DNA of 61,406 bases, filler included, from Dugesia japonica (taxonomy: Eukaryota), in assembly GCA_001938525.1 (NCBI GenBank). It is 6 parts of 6 records of this genome, joined end to end, with 100 filler letters (N's around TTAATTAATTAA, not from the genome) between each part and the next. Parts side by side here need not be neighbours in the genome. Positions count along the whole stretch, not along the records: positions 39,333 to 52,735 come from MQRL01559164.1; positions 52,836 to 61,406 come from MQRL01511190.1; 4 more parts are not named here. One strand, written 5' to 3'. Below are positions 39,941 through 52,939 of the stretch, in pieces. A program made the position numbers and the translations under genes. The notes below the pieces were generated by a model. It had not been told where the DNA came from, made no database searches, and worked only from the letters and a program-made list of their open reading frames with translations. The first letter of the stretch is position 1, and each line of letters begins with the position of its first letter.

Positions 39941-40994
39941 TTTTTACAAATAAATTTTATTTTGATCGAACCCTTTTCTTATTTTAATGAAATAATCATC
40001 TCAAATGCGATCAATGGTTAACTGTCCAACAATTATTCTCACAATAATTCTGTTTGTAATTATAAATCTTCTTTACTAAACTGTTACTTTATGACACAAA
40101 ATTATTGACAGCAAACAGATACAAAATTTGATTTGAAACTGTTTTATTTTACAATCAAACTGAGATTAGCTATCATGTTTTTAAGGCTCTCTATATTATC
40201 GACGAGATAATTGAATAATTTGACGCGAAAATCATTTTCCAACTCACAGATACACTCATATATCAAACACAAAATGATCAAATGAACCAATGATTGCATA
40301 GGATTGTACAACACAATTCCATCAATTGATCTCACAAACATGATTCGTCATTTGACTGAATCAATCAATGAATGAATGATTTATTATTGAATATTAATCG
40401 GTTCAATTTGAAAATATCAGATCATATTTCCAAACTAAATCATCAAGCAACGACTATACAAACGGGTATTGTGAAATTTTGCAAGGTCAATTCAAGTCAC
40501 TGTTATCAAATAAATGAAACAATCAATAAAAACCTAAAGACAAACATCTCATTATAATGATTCGACTGATATTGACTGATCATATGATAGAAAATGAGGG
40601 AATCTTGAGAGAACATAATGATAATGCATATTATGATGTCATTGATATCGAAGACTATCAATTTTCACTAGATCAATCTTAATAATATCTGTCGTTCACG
40701 ATCCATCATATTGAATCAAGATCAAACGTATTTTACTAAGAGAAATTGTTTTAATTTTTAACTTTTAATACTGGGTTTTAATTACTTTTGAAATTAAACC
40801 TACAATTTGCTTTTTATAGCATGCTTTTCAACAACACGCGATTACAAACAAAAACTACTACTAAAAATAAAATTAGACTCTATATAGAAAATCTATCTTT
40901 AAATTTGTGAGATTTGTAGATGAACGGTATTTGATGACATTGAAATGAACAACTATAACCCTGGAGTAGCGCTCTTAATACGATTTAATCAATA

Positions 40995-41065
40995 TTCACA
41001 ATTACAAATAGAATTATTGCGAGAATAATTGATGGACAATTAACCATTGATCACATTTGAGATTA
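40995..41065 (-). mobile_element. Isolated family A 3' tail
   Basis: AATTATTGCGAGAATAATTGATGGACAATTAACCATTGATCACATTTGAGAT matches the shared tail. Confidence 0.7.
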
Positions 41066-41419
41066 TATTAAATTAAAATTTAAATTAAAATTAGCAAACT
41101 AGATAAGATTTCATACTTGATTGTGGATGATTTTCAGTGATAAAACAAAGGAGATAAGAGATAATATGGAAATATTTTATAAATTATGTAGGAAATTATG
41201 AGAAATAATTAAGTTTCATAAAACTTTAACATATTTGAAAGATTTTTATCAGTTGCGATTGACAATGAGTTTGCGGTGCTCGAAATCGTATACTTTTAAT
41301 GGGACATGTATATCAACAATGATAATGAGGAGATATTTGGTGGAAATGTGTTACATTTATGTGTAACAACCTTATTTGAAGCTGAAATTCTTATATAATC
41401 ACAGAAAATTATACAGGGT

Positions 41420-42930
41420 CACAAAGGATCATATAAAATTATATAAGATCATGCAAAATGATATAGTATCAAATAGGATTATACACGATCATATAAAATC
41501 ATAAATGATCATATAAAATCATAAAGGATCATACAGAATCATATTGGATCAGAAAATATCAAACAAAATAATATAGAATCATATAGAAATATCATACAAA
41601 ATAATATAGAATCATATAAGATCATATAGAATCATATAGGATCATATAAAATTATAAAGGATCATATAAGATCATAAAGGATCATATAATATCATACAGG
41701 ATCATATAAAATCATATAGAATAATATAGGATCATATAGAATAATATAGGATCATATAAAATCATATAAAATCATATAGAATAATATAGGATCATATAGA
41801 ATCATACAGGATCATATAGAATAATATAGGATCATATAGAATAATATAGGATCATATAAAAGCATATAGGATCATGTAATAAATTGAATAGGATCATGTA
41901 ATAAATTGAATAGGATCATGTAATAAATTGAATAGGATCATGTAATAAATCATAAAATAATAAAATAATTATATAAAATCGTTTAGGATCATACAAAATC
42001 ATATAGGATCATATAGAATAATACAAGATCGTATAAAATCATAAAGAATAATATAGGATCATATAGAATCATATAATATCATATAAAATCATATAGAATA
42101 ATATAGGATCATATAGAATCATAAAAAATCACATAGGATCATGTAGGATCATATAAAATCATATAGAATAATATAGGATCATATAAAATCATATAGAATC
42201 ATATAGGATCATATAAAATAATATAGGATCATAAAGAATAATATAGGATCATATAAAAGCATATAGGATGATGTAGGATCATGTAATAAATTAAATAGGA
42301 TCATGTAGGATCATGTAATAAATTAAATAGGATCATGTAATAAATTGAATAGGATCATGTAATAAATCATAAAATAATAAAATAATTATATAAAATTGTT
42401 TAGGATCAAATAAAATCATATAGGATCATATAGAATAATACAAGATCATATAAAATCATAAAGAATAATATAGGATCATATAGAATCATATAATATCATA
42501 TAATATCATATAAAATCATATAAAATCATATAGAATAATATAGGATCATGTAGAATCATAAAAAATCATATAGGATCATAAAGGATCATACAGGATCATA
42601 AAGGATCATATAAACTCATACAGGATCATACATGATCATATAAACTCATATAGGATCATATAGGATCATAAAGGATAATATAAACTCATACAGGATCATA
42701 AAGGATAATATAAACTCATACAGGATCATATTGGATCATATAAATCATACAGGATCATAAAGGATCATATAAACGCATACAGGATCATATTGGATCATAT
42801 AAATCATACAGGATCATAAAGGATCATATAAACTCATACAGGATTATATAAACTCATATAGGATCATAAAGGATCATATAAATCATACAGGATCATATAA
42901 ACGCATACAGGATCATATAGGATCAAATAA
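41420..42930. repeat. 10-bp satellite (ATCATATAGG variants) with higher-order duplication
   Basis: About 1.5 kb of ATCATA(T/C/A)A(G/A)(G/A) units; the block at ~41860-42130 recurs at ~42280-42570. Confidence 0.95.
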
Positions 42931-43005
42931 TTTCATAAAAATAAGTGCTATATCTTATGATCCTATAAGAAAAAAAGCAACAATAATGACAACAATTATA
43001 TTTAC

Positions 43006-45849
43006 CTGATTATATGAAATTGCCTTCTTGTTGTTATTTCCACCACCGCTGTTATTGTTATTGTTGTTGTTGTTGTTATAGTGCTTATTGAGATGGTGAT
43101 GATGATGAGGTGGAGCTCGTATTGCTTGTTGCATGAAAGCTGCTGCTGCTGCGGCTGCTGCCGGATGAATATTGTGAGAGATATTATTGAAGAAAGATGG
43201 TTGCTGTCCCCCACCAATACAATCACTGTTGCGTCTCTGATTTGTCGACATCATGATTGACTGAGGCTGAGACGGATGATGAGGCATCAGCAAAGTATGA
43301 TGATGTGGAGGAGGAGCCATTTGCTGGAACGGTAGAGGAAGTTGAGGTGCTGGACCAGGAATAAGAGCAGGCCCGAATTGCGAGAAAATGCTAGAGTAAA
43401 CCAATCGTCGAATCATGTAAATAGCGGTCTCTACAGCTTCATAAGTACCAAATATTTCAACTGGATGAAGATCTTGATCACCAAATAGAGCAAGGTCAGG
43501 ATTGTGTAATGTTTCATTACTGTGACTGGAATTTCGTTTTTTGTGCTGCTGATGTGATTCTGCAGTCGATGTTGCGACAGGATGAGGAAGAGGAGGAGCA
43601 GGAGGAGCAGGAGGAGGAGACGAGGAAGCTGTTGCTGCTGCTGCAACTGCTGCTGCTGCTGTTGTTGTTGTTATAAGGTCATCATCAACTTCATCGTCAT
43701 TATCATCTTCATCAATGTCATTGTTATTATTAGTTGTGGAGGAGGAGGAATTGTTGACATTATTATTGTTTATTAATTCATTATTATTATTATTATCTTG
43801 ATTATTATCCACTGATTTTAGATTAGTATTTTCATCTGTAATATCAATCATTTGCTGTAGGGTTGGCGTTTGATTTATACATGACTTAAGTCGTGGGAAA
43901 CTGAGAAAAGTTCGCGATGACAACTGCAACTGTCGGATTACTTTTCCTTCTTTGCCAATCAACCTGCCCAGCATTAATTTTGGAACTCGTATGAGCACCC
44001 AGAGACGAACAGGTTGTTGCTGCTGCTGTTGTTGTTGTTGATGTATTTGGTGGTGATCATCATTTGCAATCGCATTATTAGTTTGTTGTTGTTGAGTTGT
44101 GTAACAAATACGAACTCTCGAGAAAATATGAGTCAACGCACTGCACTGACTCGGTGCGCTCCCCTTGATCGTGATCAGACGCTCATTCAACTGCTCGTCC
44201 TTGACAACACTCATCCAACACTCTGGGACCGGCTGTTTCCGATAGGTGTGCACCGCCGGTACCGACTCGATCACGCCGAGGTTACTCTTGCTAATCTGAA
44301 TGTACGTTCCAGTTTCCGCCATGATCCTGCGGACACTCTTGCCCTCACTGCCGATAATCGATCCAGCGCAGATTTGCGGGATCCTCACGTAGAGATTCTC
44401 GTCCAATTTGAGATTGTCAGGCCAGTTTGGGTTGGCCTTGTGCACGATTCCTGATCCGATAATGCTGGCGTGCGGTGGCGGCGGAGGCGGGGGTGGAGGA
44501 GGCGGCAGAGCGGGGGGTAATCCAGAATGATGGTGGTGAGGATTATGATGATTCCTACGTTGCGATTCTGCGTCTGGTGCGTACATCCTTCCGAACAAGC
44601 TGTTCATTTCCGCCGTCGCTCGAGGCGGCAAGAACGAATCGTCCTTCGCCATCATTCGTGGACACGGTTTCTGTGCGTTATCCTCCGATACACATTGTCG
44701 GATCTTGTCGGAGATCAATTTCTCTGCTTCCAATAACGACGCCAGTCCTCCTCCGCGACAAGAAATGATCCGATCGAGACTGATCACATGCGGTTGTTCA
44801 CTCAGAGTCGTGATTGTCGGCACATTCGACACGTGAACTTGGCTCCCCGACTTGCATCTCACCCAATTCAGAAATCTTCCTTCCTTTCCGATCAATCTCG
44901 CGCAAAATCGATCCTCTGCTAACAATCCCATATTCGGTTCCTCTCTTCCTTGTTCCTTCGATTCCTGGGTGCACAATTGCATAATTTCACTAATAGCTGC
45001 ACTGCATTTCTCTGGTTCACTCACAATAAACACTATTTGACTCTCTCCCCTGCTTGCGCTACTTCCAGCCATTATCTGATCGGTATTGTTATCCCCGTTC
45101 CCACCTTTTCGATTACAACCGGAAAACATGTAATTATTCAACCCAAACTGACTATACGGTACACTTTCCCGTTTTATATCGATTTTAGCGCCAGTATTTG
45201 CAGTAATTTCCTTGATTTTCTCACCTTTTCTACCTATTAGCGGACCCACTAATTCTGAATTTATCAATAATCTCACAGGATAATTCGAAGTTTTAATCGG
45301 ATTATTTTTCACCATTCCATCTGATTTCGGTTTTCTTTGATTTATTTCATTGTTAATTTGATTAATTTTGTTATTAATCATTGATTGAGATGGTTGAGTA
45401 TGAGTATGATTAATACGCATATTATTCATGTAACTGACATTATTTGTGCCATAGGTTTGGGAAGCAAGCGTATTTAGAGCTCCAAATGTATTTGGAATGG
45501 AATATAATTGATTCTGAAGAAATGGAGGTGCATTAAATCCCATATTAATCAAAGTTTGATTAGCTGATTGAGACACTGGAATTTGCGGTGATATTAAATT
45601 TACCAATTGTGGTAAAATATTCTGGGCAAGATGACTGCCAGAAGAATTGTGATTTATAGATTGTCGAGTATTCAATTGATTATGTGAAAAGTTATTTCCG
45701 TTTTTGTTCATATCACCGGACACATTCAAAGGCCGCTATTTAATAAATAATTATAAATACAAAATATTCAATTTAGTTGAAAATGAAGTTTAAATAAGAA
45801 AATTCACTAATCTTACCAATTTTCTCGGGTTATAGAAATTTTCATTCAT
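43006..45849 (-). CDS. IGF2BP: IGF2BP/Imp-family 4-KH RNA-binding protein; exon 1 45817-45849, exon 2 43006-45735, 3' end unresolved
   Basis: Four KH GxxG loops (IGRKG, IGKEG, IGSEG, IGKEG); KH1 PVRLLI...PEKCSAA and KH2 LLAEDRFCARLIGKEGR match the Imp/IGF2BP pattern. 81-nt GT-AG intron after MNENFYNPRKL; candidate donor CAG|gtaaat at 43006, otherwise read-through to the stop at 42955. Confidence 0.88.
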
Positions 45850-47799
45850 TAATAATCTAAAATTTATGAACAGAGTTTATTACAGTTATAAATTGAAATT
45901 TAAATAAATTATAATTTTGTCTAACAATTAAATATGTCATTTACTCAACCACAATTTGTTAACTTATTATTAATTAAAAAATAAATAAATTATTGAGTTC
46001 ATGGAAATATTTAATAGGAATACTTAATTTAATACATTTTAGAAGTAATAAAACAACATCTAATATAAATAACTTTAATTTAATATTTAAAATTTCAAAT
46101 TATCATTTAAATGTATTAATTTTTTAATGTAATTTAAAACCTTAATAATAAAATTAATTACTCTATATTCATAATTTATTTCAGCAAAAATAAGGAAAAA
46201 GCATGCTAATTCTTTAAAAAGGGAAAAATTATTGAAGAATGTTTATTTTATAAATATTTTAATTTCAATATAAAAATCTAAATGAAGTTTAATAAATTAA
46301 ATCAATTCATTTTGCAAATGAGAAAATCAAAAAATAAAAATAACGAAAATATTAATAATCAGTTAATAAAATTACAGTATAAATCGAAAGGTTCAGGCTA
46401 CAAGTGTCAAATATTTAGTTTAATTTAATTTCAGATTTTAGACTAGTGGTTTTTATGAAATTACTTTTTTAAAATATTGATTAAATTTAAAAATTTATCG
46501 CCACTATTATTGAAAAGAAATAATTTATATTTATTTGCTAATTCATTAAAAGCATATTAAAACTAAAAAATATAGAATAATATGAGCCTAAAGATTTTGC
46601 ATGTTGATTACTTAATTGCGTTCGATAAAAATACCACCGTAAAGCTAAATGCATTGAATGGTTTGAAATATATTACTTCTTAAAAGTGTTTATAATACTT
46701 TATTGTGCACTTGTGCCAATCGAATCTCTTAGATTAAATTGAACAGATGAATAAATTTTTTGATTCATCCAATGATTTTCTTAAACATACGCACGTTGTT
46801 TGTTTATTTAGTGTTAATCTAGCATCATAAGCCCAAGATGTAAACATGTAGAAATTACACAAACATCATAACAACATAATTATTCACGTATACACATAAC
46901 CAAAATACAATAAACACTTTATTTTCGAAAAAAATCCATTAAAAAAGCAATAATACATAACTCTTACTTGTACATATACAAGAAGTCGATGCAAATAATG
47001 ATCCCAAGAAAGGATGCTTATCCAAATACGATAGAGGGAACAAAAATCAAATTTAATCAGCATAATGTATTAAACAATTGGACAGAAAAACACTTTCTTG
47101 GAATAATAAATCTATTTGGTAAAAATCTATTTCTTTTCGGACGTTTAGAAAACTTTTCGCGGCACACAGTTTACAGATCACTACAATAGGTCATCAGATC
47201 ATCCCAAAAACCTGCCCATTATCTATCTTAACATCTCCCATTTCTAACAATAATAAATTAATCCAATTTTTTAAAAATCCAACATTAACACAGCCTTTTT
47301 TTGAAAAATGAACGATTACTCATTGTCATGTTCTCATGTGCTCACAACTTGAGAACCGCAATGCACATTTTACACAATAAGTTCTTTGGGTAATAGGTTG
47401 AATTCTTGTACTTGCATAAATCCACCAAAAAATCCATAAAATCAACACACATACACTACTTTTGAATCAAACACACCAGATCACCATACAAACTGCACCT
47501 ATTTTGGCAGTTCACCTGCACTTATCACACACATACACAGACAGTACCACAATACCTTAAAAAAAATTTAAAAAGATTCAAACAAAATTTAAACAAAATT
47601 TAAAATTCCCGCTAAATTCCACCAATAATAAAAACATAACTTTGATCTGATCAAAAATTACTAATTAATAAATGCACGATAACCTATACCAAAATCATAA
47701 CACAGGGAAATGTCTTATAACGCTGAAGAGGGAGGGAGAGTTCTTATGCGCTCCCATCTACATACTCAGAAACTTTTGTGATGCAGTACTGTCTCTGAC

Positions 47800-48860
47800 G
47801 TTTTGTTAGTGTCTTCGATGCATAGTATAATACTCGTTTATTCGCCATCTTGTACTTGAGAAAGTACAGAGCCAATTGCGTTATGAGAAGCGTCTGTATC
47901 AAAGATATATTTTTCATCCATTGTTAGCAATAGTAGTATTGGTGGTTCTGTCTACTTTTTACGAAACTTGTAAAAATATTGTGAATTTTCATTTATCCAC
48001 TGAAATTTGTTTTCTTTCTGTAGCATTGAACTGAGAGGTTCTGATAAATTTGCATACTTTTTATGAATTTCCTATAGTAATTACAAAATCCTTAAAATGT
48101 TTGAAGTTCTTTTTGACATTGAGAAATTTCTCATTTCTATATTGCAATTATCTTATCAATATATGTTGTGATTTCATCTTTAGTTATTATGTGTCCGAGA
48201 TATTTTATTCTCTTCTGTAAAATTGTACATTTATTTGGTGCTTATTTAAGTCCAGCTTCTATTATTCTTCTTAATATTTTATCTAGTCTTATATTGTGCA
48301 CTTCTACAGTTTTACCGAATATTAAAACATCGTCTAAATATATCACGCACTTCTAATTCTAATTTTTATAAGCCACTGGAATATCTCTGGGGCTGAGCAT
48401 AATCCAAATGGAATTCTGGAAATTCGTATTGTCAAAATTTTGTGTTGAATGCTGTTGTTTCTTGATCTTATTAGCAATCGATACTTTGTGATGTACACTC
48501 AAAGATCTAGAGTTAAAAAATAGTTAACTCAAGTTATACTGTCAAATATTTTATCTGATAATGTTATTGGAAATATTAGTTGACTTGTTATAGCATACAG
48601 TGCCCTTTAGTCAACAAACATACGCCTGTCACTGCTTTGCTTTTTCATCAGTACAATTCGAAAGTTTCATGGGAAGTACTAGGCTTTACAACACCAAGAT
48701 CTACTAAATCTTTTATCATATGTTCTACTTCTTCTTTGAGTCCTTTTGGTTTTCTTAATGGCTTGAAAGCAATTTTTTTGCGATCTGCTAGTTTTTATCA
48801 TTTCAGCATATTTTGAATGTTCCTAGATGATTTATTTGCACTTATTGTATTCACCTTGTG
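47800..48860 (-). mobile_element. Degenerate Gypsy RT/RNase H fragment
   Basis: IPFGLCSAPEIFQ, VIYLDDVLI, KYLGH, YIFDTDASHNAIGSVLSQ. Confidence 0.85.
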
Positions 48861-49449
48861 AGGAAATAACTATTAATAAAATAATAAAGTGAAGTAGTTA
48901 TATAAATTATAGAAAAATAGAATAAAGCATTAATAAAATATTGATTGTTGGATTGTATAATAAGATGAATATTTTAAAATAAATATTGATCATTTTAAAT
49001 TGGAGTTAATTTAAACCGGGTTTTAGTATCAATTATCTTTAAAACGGTGGAGTTATTTTACTGGAGTGTAGTAAGGGTTTTTTTATTATTTAAGAAATTT
49101 TTAATTGTAATTCTTTTGATTGTAAATTAGTTAAACTGTTAGAGAGTTGTAATTCTTTATATTTGTCAATTATTATATTAAATAGATTTAGTTATTAGAG
49201 TTTATAGTTTTTTCAATGAGTCAGGAGAATTATAACACACCTAATCGCTGTAATCTTCTTTTTCTTGTTCCTCTTTTTTTTACAGATTTTGTTTGCTCTT
49301 CTTCTTCATGATAGTTGCACATCATAGCAATTATTTTCATTATTACCCAGCCATGCTACAAATGATGCAACACAAAGTTGAAATGAAATAAACTAAAAAT
49401 TCTTGAAGTGATAATTAATCCGTATTGCGACAATTCGCAAAATCATAAT

Positions 49450-50110
49450 TAGTCACTTATAAAGTTCTGAATCAAAGTCTTTGGTTGCTTATAAAATTTA
49501 TTATGACCTCTGAGATTTATCCATGATGCTAAAATCAGAAGTTGAGGAAACTTATTGCAGCATTTACAGGCATAGGAATTGAGTCTTGATATGTCTAGCA
49601 AAATGCAAACTAATATGTAATTTTGCTTCTCTCAAGCTGCCAAAAAACCTAAGAGTTTGTGACATCATAGTATGCCTGACATTTCCTAAAAGCCATCAGA
49701 GGGCTCGGCCCTAAACAGGTCATTTTATTATCTCGCGATCTGCGAATTAAGCAGATTTTCCAGTTCTTGTTTACGTTACTAAAGTAAACAGGATAACACT
49801 AAAAAGTTTGTTTATCTATACTTTATTTTGATTGCCGAATGGCTAATCTACCGGAAAGTAGTGGAAACACTGCAAGGAGAATTATATGAAGATGTTTTGG
49901 CCTTCTGGTGTATTATGCTCAAAAGAACTCCACAGCTACAGACATTTATGGGCGTTATCTATGTATTCCAGCAAATTTCGTTGACGCTGAACAAATTTTT
50001 AGTGCCTACAAAAATTTTGTGACTGATAAACGTCATTATTTTACACAGGATAACACTAAAAAGATTGTTGGTCTTTATTTTAATTGTTCTGTTTCAGATC
50101 TCAATTAACT
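49450..50110 (+). mobile_element. hAT transposase C-terminal remnant
   Basis: YLCIPANFVDAEQIFSAYKNFVTDKRHYFTQDN = hATC dimerisation motif. Confidence 0.75.
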
Positions 50111-50533
50111 GGCGACCATGCTTGCAAAGTGTAGATTATTAAGATTATAGATAAATGATTACTGATTGATTAATATAATTGTAATGATTAAATATGTTTA
50201 TATTTCAGTTAAATTTTGTTTTTTTACTTTGACAGGAAAATCACGTGAAAATAATAATTTAATAATTTCTGTATTGGTAAAAATATTTTATCACTGCAGA
50301 TAACTAATGTTTTTAATAATCAAGTGTAAAATTCTTTAAAAATCTTAAATTTGAAACTTTTTGAAAAAAATTTTTATTAAATACTTAACATAAAAAAATA
50401 GTAAAATAAAAAATTTTTCAAATAATCACTGCTTGTTTTAATAAGCCAAATTCATGAACATATCGATTGTGAATAATTTAAATATAAAATTCGTTCAATT
50501 AATATTTTCAATTGTTTTTCTTATCATATTAAT

Positions 50534-51001
50534 ATGAAAACCTGGAAAATAATTGTTTTGATATCTTCTCTAGTATTAATTGGGGGAATTTTGTTGAATT
50601 CGGATTGTGTAGCTGATTTATTTCTCTCTTCGGTACCAAATGTAACCACCAAGGAATCATGGGGCCTTCGAAACATAAATGATAAAACGATTATTGAAAT
50701 TATAATAAAAGTAATATTTTATTTACAAAAGAATATTATCTTCTCTACTCAAAGGTTCCTATTGAAACTTTAAATAATCTATTCGAACGAATCAGACATC
50801 GATTGTCAGCTCCATCATTCTCGAATTCAAATTTTCATTATGGATTCAATTTAGAATATTTGAATAAAATCATGGATCATTGGTTGAATGAGTACAATTG
50901 GAATCACTGGGAATCAATAATCAATAAATTTCCCCAGTATTTCACGTCAATAAAGGGTTTACAAATTCACTATATTCACATCAAACCGAGTGTGAAACCA
51001 A
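50534..51001 (+). CDS. Microsomal/juvenile-hormone-type epoxide hydrolase, exons 1-2 (50534-50710, 50755-51001); partial
   Basis: N-terminal hydrophobic anchor; a 44-nt GT-AG intron joins in frame to VPIETLNNLFERI...FHYGFNLEYL..IMDHWLNEYNW..WE..INKFPQYFTSIKGLQIHYIHIKP (EHN domain). Confidence 0.82.
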
Positions 51002-51139
51002 GTAATTTATAAATATTGCAAAATCAAAACAATTTATTCAGTAAAATAACATAATAAATGCAAAATTTTACTTTTTATAAATATTATTCTTAATGATCAT
51101 TTTTCATTGGATGTGAGATTATATCAATTATAATTGTAT

Positions 51140-51750
51140 TGATTGTAAATTTATTGACAGCACTAATATTGAGAGTGATAATATTGACAGCGCTAATATT
51201 GACAGTGATAATGGTGAGAGTGATAATATTGACAGTGATAATATTTACAGCGATAATATTGAGAGTGATAATATTCACAGCGCTAATATTGACAGTGATA
51301 ATATTGACAGTGATAATATTGACAGCGGCAATATTGACAGTGATAATATTGATAGTGATAATATTGAGAGTGATAATATTGACAGCGCTAATATTGAAAG
51401 TGATAATATTGACAGTGATAATATTTACAGTGATAATATTGACAGTGATAATATTGACAGTGATAATATTGACAGCGGTAATATTGAAAGTGATAATATT
51501 GAGAGTGATAATATTGAGAGTGATAATATTGAGAGTGATAATATTTACAGTGATAATATTGAAAGTGATAATATTGAGAGTGATAATATTGAGAGTGATA
51601 ATATTGAGAGTGATAATATTTACAGTGATAATATTGACAGTGATAATATTGAGAGTGATAATATTTACAGTGATAATATTGACAGTGATAATATTGACAG
51701 CGATAATATTGACAGTGATAATATTTACAGCGCTAATATTGACAGTGAAT
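51140..51750. repeat. 15-bp minisatellite (AGTGATAATATTGAC)
   Basis: About 40 units; explains the spurious VIILT-repeat ORF. Confidence 0.95.
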
Positions 51751-52455
51751 ATGATTGATTGTATTGAACATTCTTTTGGCCTGCGAGATTCATTACACTT
51801 TTACAAAATATATATTTCGATATACATTTTTAATAATAAAACAAAAATTATATAAAACAAAATTATATAAAAATGTAAATCCAAAATATGTATGTACAGT
51901 TTATTTCGATTTTTGTTAACAATTATGTGTAAGAATTTACATCACTTGATTTCAGTTTGATAAAAGTTCTGTAAACAAAAACTTTGTTTTTAAAAATCGA
52001 ACTAATGTTGCTAGATTCTGATTTTTATTAAATTTGAGGAAAATAAGATTTAATTGTAGTCTTATTTTAATTTTAATGATTTCTTAACTTTAATATTCTA
52101 TATAGAAAAATAAATAAATTCATTAGAAACTATAAATTGTTTTTTTTGAAAAACCCGTTTTAATTTAGCATTGGAACGGATAATTAATGTAATAGTATAT
52201 TTTCATATAAAAAGTTATTTCGAGTTGCGACGTTTTGCTTGCGACGATTTTTTTCGGAACCAATTATCTTCGCAATGTGAGGTATTGGTGTATATATATA
52301 TATATATTACAATGTGCGTTATCATTATTATTATATTATCTATTTTTACATGTAAGAATAATAATAAACACAATAATAATAACTCATGTTACAATTTTTC
52401 ACTCCAAAAAATGTCTATAGATTTAGACTCTAAATCTAATGTGGTTATAATTTTA

Positions 52456-52524
52456 TATGCGGCCCGCGGAGTTATGATGCATTTACAAAGTGGCCCTTAA
52501 GATCATTTGGGTTGGCCACCCATG
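52456..52524. mobile_element. hAT (Charlie-like) terminal region
   Basis: TGCGGCCCGCG and GTGGCCC subterminal motifs ending GTTGGCCACCCATG (cf. CAGGGGTGGCCAAC-type TIR). Confidence 0.6.
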
Positions 52525-52939
52525 GTATTGATTGTGATAGTATTTGATATGATTGATTGTATTGACTGTAATAATATTAAATGTCATTTTTTTTGATAAC
52601 TTGAAGGAACTAAGCAATACAAAATATATTTTCAAAAAAAACTGATGATTAATTATTGCATAAGTAGATAGATAGTAGGAGTAATAGCCAGCACACATTC
52701 AGTGGAACCCCCCCCCCGTGTGTAAAAATTTATTANNNNNNNNNNNNNNNNNNNNNNNNNNNNNNNNNNNNNNNNNNNNTTAATTAATTAANNNNNNNNN
52801 NNNNNNNNNNNNNNNNNNNNNNNNNNNNNNNNNNNAGAAGTGATTCAGAATATATTTTGATATCTAATAAATATTTGTAGTAAATTGTTGTTGTATCATA
52901 ACCTAACAAAGAGAAGACAGGTGAGATTATGAATAAAAA

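Larger units (their letters stand above)
39598..40062 (+). mobile_element. Penelope-like fold-back insertion (family A) with two opposed hammerhead motifs
   Basis: ~190-bp inverted arms plus a one-sided 3' tail; TSD TAAATCTT(T/C)TTT (39586-39597 / 40063-40074). Confidence 0.8.

Noticed and set aside
42955-43005. Transmembrane-like C-terminal tail on the KH protein
   Set aside because: Begins at a good CAG|gtaaat donor and runs into satellite; probably intron read-through.
43582-45240. Plus-strand ORFs overlapping the KH gene
   Set aside because: Antisense shadows of a GC-richer, low-complexity coding exon.
46650-47600. Cys-rich decayed minus-strand frame, possibly env-like
   Set aside because: No diagnostic motif and many stops.
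51139-51855. 238-aa hydrophobic VIILT-repeat ORF
   Set aside because: By-product of a 15-bp minisatellite that is stop-free in one frame.
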